A stretch of 64,000 bases of DNA from Macrostomum lignano (Eukaryota), in NCBI GenBank assembly GCA_002269645.1, contig NIVC01001151.1, positions 1 through 64,000 of the forward strand, in the 5' to 3' direction. Positions 43,415-54,300 of the stretch are shown here, piece after piece. Positions within the stretch are counted from its first letter, which is position 1. The number at the start of each line of letters is the position of its first letter. Made by a program: the position numbers and the translations under genes. The notes beneath the pieces are model-generated. The model saw nothing but the letters and a program-made list of their open reading frames with translations, searched no databases and was not told the DNA's origin.

Positions 43415-43930
43415 GATGCTTGCTATCTGGGGGATGCTTGCTATCTGGGGATGCTTGCTATCAGGGGGATGCTTGCTATCTGGGGGATGCTTGCTATCTG
43501 GGGGATGCTTGCTATTTGAGTAATGCTTGCCATCTGGGGGATGCTTGCTATCTGGGGGATGCTTGCTATCTGGGGGATGCTTGCTATCTGGGGATGCTTG
43601 CTATTTGGGTGATGCTTGCTATCTGGGGGATGCTTACTATCTGGGGGATGCTTGCTATCTGGGGATGCTTGCTAGCTGGGGATGCTTGCTATTTGGGTGA
43701 TGCTTGCTATCTGGGGGATGCTTGCTATCTGGGGGTTGCTTGTAATCTGGAAGATGCTTGCTATCTGGCGGATGCTTGCTATCTGGGTGATGCTTGCTAT
43801 CTGGGAGACGCTTGCTATCTGGGGGATGCTTGCTATTTGGGTGATGCTTGCTATCAGGGGATGCTTGCTATCCGGGGGATGCTTGCAATCTGGGGGATGC
43901 TTGCTATCTGGGGGATGCTTGCTGTCTTGG
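43415..43930. repeat. 18-bp minisatellite GATGCTTGCTATCTGGGG inside Helitron unit 1
   Basis: Directly visible. Confidence 0.93.
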
Positions 43931-44674
43931 GATGATTTCTTTTTGCATTGCACTTCATTTGAGTAGTTTGTCTATTTTCTTTGTGAAAGCTTTATTTGGT
44001 TATCTTCTTATTACTTGTAGAGAACAGAGATTCTATACAGATGTCCCCCAACGGGGGGCGAAGATTGCTAGTCCTATATACTAAAAATGAGTTGTCTGTG
44101 GGTAGGTATGCGATAGATTTCAGAAAAATTGGCTGAACCGATTTTCTTCAAACTTGCACCATTCGATCAGAAATTTTCCTGGGACGGTACATGCATCTTG
44201 GCTAAGAAATTGCTCAATGTTAAAGGGATTAAATATTCGAAAAACCTGCTTTTTTGCAAAGGTCAAGCAAAATTTTCGACTTGAAATGCATTGTAAGAAT
44301 GCTAGAGAAAAAACTGACTGGCTGAATTCCGATTGTGATAAAGATTGCATCACAACAAGTTGAAAACAGTGTCAAAGAAATGCACACACGACTTGAATGA
44401 AATTGCGTAACCATATTGGCAACTTAAATTGAGACTGATTCTGGCTGACTGAGAAATTGATTATGTCATAACTTTTTACTCCAATTGACTTGCTGTAAGG
44501 ATTGAATTATAAAGGCCACAATTCATGTTTTCCAATTGAAAAGAGATAGCCCTGATGCGAACAGACTGGACTGCTAATGTAGTGACCTGGGTTCGAATCT
44601 TAGTAGTGCAAAAAGATTTTTTTATCAAAACACCTTAAAAACACAACAAAACTGCTAAACATCAAAGAAGCGCA

Positions 44675-46600
44675 ATGTCAAACATAGAAGAGCCAACATA
44701 ACGAACATAAAAGAGTTACCATGTCAAACATAGAAGAGCCACCATGTCGAACATTAAAGAGCCACCATGTCAAACATAAAAGAGCCACCATGTCAAACAT
44801 TTAAGAGCCACCATGTCAAACATAAAAGAGCCAACATTTCGAACATTAAAGAGCCACCATTTCGAACATTTAAGAGCCACCATTTTGAACATTAAAGAGC
44901 CACCATGTCAAACAATTAAGAGCCACCATGTCAAACATTAAAGAGCCACTATTTCGAACATTAAAGAGCCACCATGTCGAACATTAAAGAGCCACCATGT
45001 CTAACATAAAAGAGCTATACCATGTCAAACATTAAAGAGCCACCATGTCAAGCATAAAAAAGCCACCATGTCAAACATTAAAGAGCCACCATGTCGAACA
45101 TTAAAAAGCAACGATGTCAAGCATAAAAGAGCCACCATGTAAAACATTGAAGAGCCACCATGTCGAACATTAAAGAGCCACCATGTCCAACATATACGTG
45201 ACTCCATGTCAGACATTAAAGAGCCATCAAGTCAAACATTAAAGAGCCATCATTGCAGACAGTAAAGTGCCACCAGGTCAACATTAAAGAGCCACCATGT
45301 CAAAAATTAAAGAGCCATCATGTCGAACATAAAGAGCCACCATGTCAAACATAAAGAGCCACCATGTCAAAAATTTAGGAGCCACCATGTCAAACATATA
45401 TGTGACTTATATCGAACATTATAAGTCATTAAAGAACATTAAAGAGCTACCATGTCAAACATTAAAGTCCCATCGTGTCGAACATTAAAGAGCCACCATG
45501 TCGAACATAAAGGAGCCACCATGTCGAACATAGAAGAGCCACCATGTCAAACATAAAAGAGCCAACATGAAGAACATTAAAGAGCCAACATGAAGAACAT
45601 TAAAGAGCCACCATGTCAAACATAAAAGAGCCACCATGTCGAACATACAAGAGCCACCATGTCAAACAAAAAAGAGCCACCATGTCAAACAAAAAAGAGC
45701 CACCATGTCAAACATAGAAGAGCCACCATGTCAAACATTAAAGAGCCACCATTTCAAACATTAAAGAGCCACCATGTCAAACATAAAAGAGCCACCATGT
45801 CGAACATACAAGAGCCACCATGTCAAACAAAAAAGAGCCACCATGTCAAACATTAAAGAGCCACCATTTCAAACATAAAAAAGCCACCTTGTCAAATATT
45901 AAAGAGCCACCATTTCAAACCTAGAAGAGCCACCATGTCGAACATAAAAGAGCCACCATGTAGAACATAAAAAAGAAACCATGTCAACCCGAAAAGAGCC
46001 ACTATGCCTAACATAAAAGAGCCACCATGTCAAACATGGAAGAGCCACCATGTCAAACATAAAAGAGTCACCATGTCCAACATAGAAGAGCCACCATGTC
46101 AAAAATTAAAGAGCCATCATGTCGAACATAAAGAGCCACCATGTCAAACATAAAGAGCCACCATGTCAAAAATTTAGGAGCCACCATGTCAAACATATAT
46201 GTGACCTTATGTCAAACATTAAAGAGCCACCATGTCGAACATTAAAGAGCCACCATGTAGAATATTAAAGAGCCACCATGTAGAATATTAAAGAGCCACC
46301 ATGTCAAACATAGAAGAGCCACCATGTCAAACATAAAAGAGCAAACATGAAGAACATTAAAGAGCCAACATGAAGAACATTAAAGAGCCACCATGTCAAA
46401 CATAAAAGAGCCACCATGTAGAATATAAAAGAGCCACCATGTAGAACATAAAAAAGAAACCATGTCAACCCGAAAAGAGCCACTATGCCTGACATAAAGA
46501 GCCACCATGTCAAACATGGAAGAGCCACCATGTCAAACATAAAAGAGTCACCATGTCCAACATAGAAGAGCCACCATGTCAAACATTAAAGATATACTAT
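44675..46600. repeat. 21-22 bp minisatellite inside Helitron unit 2 (expanded)
   Basis: Same unit as 42085-43360. Confidence 0.92.
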
Positions 46601-46689
46601 TTGAAATGTAAAGGTATAAAGCGCTATGCCAATATAAAGGAGCCACTATAAAGCTAAGGAAATTGTTGCACTAGCTACTTATTGTCTGG

Positions 46690-48300
46690 AGGATGCTTGC
46701 TATCTGGGGGATGCTTGCTATCTGGGGGATGCTTGTTATCTGGGGAATGCTTGCTATCTGGGCGATGCTTGCAATCTGGAGGATGCTTGCTTTTTGGGGG
46801 ATGCTTGCTATTTGGGGATGCTTGCTATCTGAGGGATGCTTGCTATTTGGGGGATGCTTGCTATCTGAGGGAGGCTTGCTATCTTGGGGATGCTTGCTAT
46901 CTGGGGGATGCTTGCTATCTGGGGATGCTTGCTATCTGGAGGATGCTTGCTATTTGGGGGATGCTTGCTATCTGAGGGATGTTTGCTATCTGGGGGATGT
47001 TTGCTATCTGGGGGATGCTTGCTATCTGGAGGATGCTTGCTATCTGGGGGATGTTTGCTATCTGGGGGATGCTTGCTATCTGGGGAATGCTTGCTATCTG
47101 GGGGATGCTTGCTATCTGGGGGATGCTTGCTATCTGGGGGATGCTTGCTATCTGGGTGATGCTTGCTATCTGGAGGATGCTTGCTATTTGGGGGATGCTT
47201 GCTATCTGGGGAATGCTTGCTATCTGGGGGATGCTTGCTATTTGGGGATGCTTGCTATCTGAGGGATGCTTGCTATTTGGGGGATGCTTGCTATCTGAGG
47301 GAGGCTTGCTATCTTGGGGATGCTTGCTATCTGGGGGATGCTTGCTATCTGGGGGATGCTTGCTATCTGGAGGATGCTTGCTATTTGGGGGATGCTTGCT
47401 ATCTGAGGGATGTTTGCTATCTGGGGGATGCTTGCTATCTGGAGGATGCTTGCTATCTGAGGGAGGCTTGCTATCTTGGGGATGCTTGCTATCTGGAGGA
47501 TGCTTGCTATCTGGGGGATGCTTGCTATCTGGAGGATGCTTGCTATTTGGGGGATGCTTGCTATCTGAGGGATGTTTGCTATCTGGGGGATGCTTGCTAT
47601 TTGGGGGATGCTTGCTATCTGGGGGATGCTTGCTATCTGGGGGATGCTTGCTATCTGGGGGATGCTTGCTATCTGGGTGATGCTTGCTATCTGGAGGATG
47701 CTTGCTATTTGGGGATGCTTGCTATCTGGGGATGCTTGCTATCTGGGGGATGCTTGCCATCTGGGGGATGCTTGCTATCTGGGTGATGCTTGCTATCTGG
47801 AGGATGCTTGCTATTTGGGGGATGCTTGCTATCTGGGGAATGCTTGCTATCTGGGTGATGCTTGCTATCTGGGGGATGCTTGCTATTTGGGGATGCTTGC
47901 TATCTGAGGGATGCTTGCTATTTGGGGATGCTTGCTATCTGAGGGATGCTTGCTATTTGGGGATGCTTGCTATCTGAGGGATGCTTGCTATTTGGGGATG
48001 CTTGCTATCTGAGGGAGGCTTGCTATCTTGGGGATGCTTGCTATCTGGGGGATGCTTGCTATCTGGAGGATGCTTACTATTTGGGGGATGCTTGCTATCT
48101 GAGGGATGTTTGCTATCTGGGGGATGCTTGCTATCTGGGGGATGCTTGCTATCTGGAGGATGCTTGCTATCTGGAGGATGCTTGCTATTTGGGGGATGTT
48201 TGCTATCTGGGGTGCTTGCTATCTGGGGGTGCTGCTATCTGGGGGTGCTTGCTATCTGGGGGTGCTTGTCATCTGGGAGGAGGGGGGATGCTTGCTGTCT
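46690..48300. repeat. 18-bp minisatellite inside Helitron unit 2 (expanded)
   Basis: Same unit as 43415-43930. Confidence 0.93.
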
Positions 48301-48450
48301 TGGGATGTTTTCTTTTTGCATTGCGCTTTATTTGAGCAGTTTTTCTGTTGTCTTTGTGAAGACTCTATTTGGCGGTTTTTTTTACTTGTAGAGAACAGAA
48401 GTTCTATCCAGATGTCCCCCATCGGGGGGCGAAGATTGCTAGTATCATCA

Positions 48451-48807
48451 TCCTATATACTAAAAATGAGTGTGGGACGGGGCAAATTGTGTGTTTTTTT
48501 TCGTACATTTGGTTGACTCAATAAGCATTACGTGTTTATTGAAAAAGGGTTTTGGGCTGATGAAGAAATCTTTTTTAACTGATGAAGGTTCTGATTCATG
48601 GCAATTTAATTATGCCAAAATAAGAAAAGTTATTTTTTTTAATGGAAATCAACATTTTAAATAAATATAGTAAGGTTATTATGGACATTCATTCACGCAT
48701 ACAAAAAAATATTAGAGATTTAAGTATTAGGTAGATTACTCTTGTGCCAAAATAAAAACCAGTTAGTGTCATTTTTAAGGCTCCCCAGCGGGGGGCTAAA
48801 TGGCTAG
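48451..48807 (+). mobile_element. Short Helitron unit 3 (357 bp)
   Basis: A|TCCTATATACTAAAAATGAG start. CTCCCC-AGC-GGGGGG hairpin and CTAG 48804-48807. Confidence 0.8.
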
Positions 48808-50385
48808 TCCTATATACTAAAAATGAGTTGCTTGTTTGTTTGTTTGTACGCAATCGATTAGAGAAAAAATGGCTGGACCGATTTTCATGAGACTTGCACT
48901 GTTCGATCAGAAATTTTCCCGTGACGGTACATGCATCGTGGCTAAGAAATTGCTCAATGCTAAAGGCATTAAATATTCGAAAAACATGCTTTTTTGCAAA
49001 GGTCAAGCAAACTTTTCGACTTGAAATGCATTGTAAGAATGCTAGAGAAAAAACTGACTGGTTGAATTCTGATTCTGAAATAGATTGCATCATCACTGAA
49101 TTGTAACTCCAACTTGAATTGAAAATGCAGTGTGGAAGCGTAGCACCAGACTTGATTTAAATTGCGTAACCATATTGTTAACTGATACTGACTGACTGAG
49201 AAACTGATTATGTCATAACTGCTTTGTGTGATTTACTCTATGCTTGGATTTTAAAGTGTTGAATTATATAAGTGCAAAATTTGATGTTATCAAAACGATG
49301 AGAGCTAGCCTAGAGGTGAACAAACTGAACTGCCAAATGCAGCGACGATGGTTCGAATTTTCATAGAGTATAATTTTTTTAATTAAAGCTTTTTAACGTC
49401 AGGAAAACTAAAAGACTTTTTAAAAAGAAGCGTCATGTAAAAAATCATAGAAGTGTCATGTAAACAATCATAGAAGCGCCATGTAAAAAATCGTAAAAGC
49501 GTTATATAAAAATCATAGAAGCGTAATGTAAAAAATCATAGAAGCATCATGTAAACAATCATAGAAGCGTCATGTAAACAATCATAGAAGCGTCATGTAA
49601 ACAATCATAGAAGAGTCATGTAAACAATCATAGAAGCGTCATGTAAACAATCATAGAAGCATCATGTAAAAATCATAGAAGCGTCATGTAAACAAGCATA
49701 GAAGCGTCATGTAAACAAGCATAGAAGCGTCATGTAAAAAATCATAGTTGCGTCATGTAAAAAATCATAAAAGCGTCATTTAAAAAAATCATAGTTGCGT
49801 CATGTAAAAATCATAGAAGCGTCATGCAAACAATAATAGAAGCATCATGCAAACAATAATAGAAGCGTCATGGTAAAATCATAGAAGCCTCATATAAAAA
49901 CTAATGAAAGTGTCATTTAAAAAATTAAGAAGAATAATGGAAGAATAAAAGAAGCGTCATGTAAAAATCAAAAGAAGCGCCATGTCAGACATGAAAGGTG
50001 TCATATAAAAATTAAATGAAGCTATAGTACAGTGCTGTGCTGGGGAGAATTACTGAGACGTCAAGGCTCTCAGAGAATAACTGAGATTATGGGGGGGGTT
50101 TCTGAGATGTCAAAGTAAAAGTCAGAAGCTACTTCAAAGTTCATGTACTTTACTCAATTTTTATTACATTCATTGTTGGCTCGCCACAGGGGGGGCGCTG
50201 ATAGAAGCAGAGTCATGTAAAAAATAAAAGTAGCCAAAGTAGCCAAACCCTAACCAAAATTAGGGTTTTGGTTAGGGTTAGAATTTTGACAGGAGATTTT
50301 TTAAGATTTCAAGGCTACATGTAGCTTATTAAAAATACGTGTATTGCATTTCTTTGGCTCCCCAACGGGGGGCATAGATTGCTAG
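48808..50385 (+). mobile_element. Helitron unit 4 (1578 bp), diverged subfamily, head-to-tail with unit 3
   Basis: CTAG|TC junction and 5' region homologous to units 1-2. Internal ~22-bp AAATCATAGAAGCGTCATGTAA repeats. Ends with hairpin + CTAG 50382-50385. Confidence 0.88.
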
Positions 50386-50460
50386 TCCCATATACAAAAA
50401 ATGAAATGTCTGTAGCTATGCGATAGATTTATTCTAAAAATATAACATTAAGAATTATAT
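50386..50460 (+). mobile_element. Helitron unit 5, 5' end only (3' extent unresolved)
   Basis: CTAG|TCCCATATACAAAAAATGAAATGTCTGTAGCTATGCGATAGATTTT, then degenerate AT-rich sequence. Confidence 0.65.
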
Positions 50461-51984
50461 TTCTAGACCTTAGTTTTGATGACTTAAATTATAAGATAAA
50501 ATTTGGCATTATTTTCATTTAATAAAAAAGTAACAAATTAAAATAAAAAAACTAGCTGCTTTTTATTTTATATATTGCTTGCTTTGATTAAAATATGCCC
50601 AGCCCTAGACCTAGGTCAATTACTATGCCTTGGTTTGCTCTAAGGCATGCCAATGAGTAGACTAGCTTTAGTATCCCTACTAAATTTGTGCTTTTATATA
50701 TGCAAAGTTGGCATGGGAGTTGTATATTGTGTTGGTTTTTGCCATCTTGAATGTAATGGCCCTCCTCTTTTTGCCTACTGAAGGTTTTTATACCCAGTTT
50801 CATAAGAGCTCATTCATAGGACTGCATTCCCATTCTTGCTAACCTTAGTCAATTTTAAGGCTAACAAGTTGCTAGGTAATCAATATTCTATAGCCTGAAT
50901 AGAAACACACTAGGGTTAATTACAAGTATAATGCTATTTGCAAAAGAACAAAAGTATAACAATGGAGCATCTGAGACTAGCTAATTTGAATACTATATGA
51001 TATAAGAAGTGACAAGACTTATATTGTCATTATTTAGAATGAATATATCATATGCAAGTATAAACATTTCTAAACTTATCATTGTTAATGAGAGTTATAT
51101 GTGATAGGAGCTGGGCTTTTTGTCAAAATTGTTATGCCATTTGGTATAATGGGCTAATGGCATCAAAATTGTTATGCCATTTGGTATAATGGCATCAAAA
51201 TTGTTATGCTATTTTTAATTTAAATATGCCATTAGCATAAAATATAAAATGATAAAATGCAACTTGCTATTGATTGTAAAGTGCAAGTTGTAAGTCATGC
51301 AATTGTCATAACAAACAAGGTAATATTTGGACAAATTTAAAAGCAAAAATTAAGTTTGGAATTGGAGATTCAGCATTGACAATTTGGCAATGGCATAATG
51401 GCAAAAAAATGTTACATCATTTTTGGCATAATAGCATCAAATCATTATGATCATTTCATAATCATGATCATAATCAGCAAAAATCTCCATTATTATTAAA
51501 GATTGAATCATTTTTAATTTTGACATCTCATGGCATGCCTATGACACAAAAAACCTAGGATAGGAGCACTTAAAGCCTACAAGCATATAATAATTATTCT
51601 TTGTTTTCCGGCCAAATAGCAATTAGGAATATCTGGTTATTAGATACCTTGGATTTAGAGCTAAAGAGGTAGGGGCCTAATTGCTATATAAAATCAAAGA
51701 AATAGGCCTAGGATTATATGTAGGCAAATTCAGGCCCCAATCTAATTAACACACATAACAAACAATTTCAATTTGTTGAAATAAGTCTAGGCCCTAATTC
51801 TTGTAATTGATAAGTAAGCCTATGCTTAAAGAAAAAGTAGGCCCAAGAATTCAAACTTTGACTATGTCTTAGCTATCAGGAAATAATATATAGGCTTAAA
51901 CTGACTAATTAATATACAAAATATGATAGCACCAGCAGTGCGTAGTGCCAGTAATAGTACTAGTAGTAGTAGTAGTAGCACAAA

Positions 51985-52299
51985 GGTAATGGCTAGAGTT
52001 CTGGCACCAGAACCATGAGAACCTGTTTTCTAATGGCTATGGATCCGGCAGTCTTCTGCAGGCAGTTATCTAATCTATAATGAAGTCTTTGATTTGAACA
52101 TTAGAAGTATCTTGTTTTGAATCTCATCGTTTCGTTTCGATCTTATCTTGAACAAAATATTAATATCAACAACCCGTTAAAAAGTAAAATGTTTCTGCTA
52201 TATTATACCCATAAATTGCACCACTGGAATACCACTGCTGAATCCATAGCCGTTAGAAAATGGGTTCCGGTGCCGGAACTCTAGACCCTAGCCATTGCC
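51985..52299. mobile_element. MITE-like element with ~22-bp inverted ends
   Basis: CTAGAGTTCTGGCACCAGAACC (from 51993) versus GGTTCCGGTGCCGGAACTCTAG (to 52284), 2 mismatches. Outer GGTAATGGCTAG/CTAGCCATTGCC also pair. No TSD found. Confidence 0.6.
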
Positions 52300-54300
52300 T
52301 GCATAAGAACACTAGCTCGTAAGCTAGGCTACATTTTGATTTTTAGGTCTATATTTTGGCTGTGTGGGAAGATTACAAGTGATACAGTAGGTAGCAGTAA
52401 TATTAAATGTCTTATTTCTAGAGATTTGTTGAAGCGCTATAATGCTGTACTGTAACTGTAACGATAACATTGAACTAAGCTTATTAGAATTAGTGGACTT
52501 AAAAACGTCCACGTAGTAGTAGTAGTAGTAAGTTGGCTCAGGCAAGAAGCCTGTTTGGCCAGTATATTTCTGTGTATTTAAGTTATTTTAGCATTAGTTG
52601 TTTAATTACGATTAAGTTCAAAAGGTTAAATTTGTTCAAAAGGTTAAATATTTACACCAGTTACGATGCGAGTTACGATATTTGTAAAATTATTAAGGTA
52701 TTTGAAAGAGCGTTTTTTGTAAAAAGATATAGTATTTTGCAAGCGCGCAATATTTCAAAGCGTGAAAAACGAACGAAAAATGAACAAAAACGAACTTCGA
52801 AAGAAATTTACGTTAAACGAATAGCGACAATTTAAATAGGTATTAGATAGGAAACTAATTAAATATTAATTAAATGCTAATTAAATAGGAAATTAAAAAG
52901 GCAGTAAATGAATAAACAAAAGAAAAGCGGATTTATTACACTGCTGATATGTCTGTTTCAGTTTGCATAACTGTTTTAGCTATTCATGACTTCATATATT
53001 TTAGCTCCACGATTTCATGGAAATTTATTTCAAATATTTTCATGATATAAACTAAATTTCTAGCGATGAATACATATTGCTCGAGCACCAATAAAAACAT
53101 ATCCTTTGATTTTTAAAAAATTATATTTTCGAAGTAGGCTATGCGGCATAATTATACTCAAGTAGGACAGGAAATAAATTTCTTGGGATTTTTTGGAGGC
53201 AGGTTTTACCGAAAAAATACATCACGGAGATAGTAGAGCTAGGTCATCATTTTTTCTGTTCAAAAATGTGTTTTTGCTTTTGAGCCCAGAGGCAGAGCCA
53301 ATATTCATCTTTGATAATATGTCCTTACCAGAGCGTCCCTCTCCCTCTCCCTCTCTCTAATTCTCTACTCTTACAAGTACATGTAATCTCTTCCTCGCCC
53401 CCGGGGGGGGGGCAGCTTAGGGGCCACGTCCCCCATTAAAAGCTATATGGGGGGGGGAATATGCCGATGCTTTGCCCCACCTACCCATTGTGGAAATCAA
53501 TGATTTATTTTAGAGCTGTAAAATATAGCACCTGCGCGCATGAGCCACCCAAAATGAATGGCCGCGGCGCTAATAAAATTTGAGTGCCTGCGGCGCCAAA
53601 AAAATTAGTGACTGCGTCGCCAAAATGAGTGACTCCGAAGCCAAATGAGTGCTGGGCAGCACCGATTCGCAAAATAGTGTAAATGTGTAGGAAATCTCTT
53701 CTGTAAGACAATACACAGGCACAGCCACACCAATTCTACTTCTCCACCTTTTTGAGTGGCTAACAAACACTCGCAAACACTTGCCGGATAGTTGCTCGCT
53801 ACACTCACCAAAAATTCATGACGACGCCCCTGGTCCTTGCCTTTTTATATAAAATTATAAGCTCTATTGATATTCATATAGAGCTTTTATTTTTGATCGT
53901 TTAAAAAATTTGTATTGACGTATACTATCTGTGTTGATTTGATATCCTACTGTACACTGGTACATGTACATGTGTCTTAATTAGAATAAAAAAATTGTAA
54001 CAGAAAATAAAGGCACATAGTGTGTGCAACGTCTGACTATGAGAAAAGTTAGCGCCGCACTGTATACACCCTGTTTCTGTAGACTATATATAGTGTATTT
54101 TCTACTGTCTGGCTGAAGATCGACTTCACGTCGTCTTTGATTTTTGAGCGCCAAAAAAGTCCCAACGGCAAGCTCATAAAATACGAATATAGAGAAATGC
54201 AGCGCTACCGAACTAATAATTTCCATCTATATTTTTATTAAACTGGTGAAGAAACTATATGTAAAATTGTAGTTAGCCTTAGTAGACGTCAAACTAATAG

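Larger units (their letters stand above)
41497..44071 (+). mobile_element. Non-autonomous Helitron unit 1 (2575 bp)
   Basis: 5' A|TCCTATATAC. 3' CCCCC-AAC-GGGGGG hairpin followed about 10 nt later by CTAG (44068-44071). Internal 21-22 bp and 18 bp minisatellites. Confidence 0.9.
44072..48442 (+). mobile_element. Non-autonomous Helitron unit 2 (4371 bp), head-to-tail with unit 1
   Basis: CTAG|TCCTATATAC junction. Same backbone as unit 1. Ends with hairpin + CTAG 48439-48442 followed by T. Confidence 0.9.

Noticed and set aside
43405-48516. GDACYL / MLAIWG / GGCLLS repeat proteins
   Set aside because: Three-frame translations of the 18-bp Helitron minisatellite with frequent single-base indels.
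41549-49096. Recurrent minus-strand MMQSLSQSEF ORF in three copies
   Set aside because: Antisense shadow of the conserved non-coding Helitron 5' region; length and stop position vary between copies.
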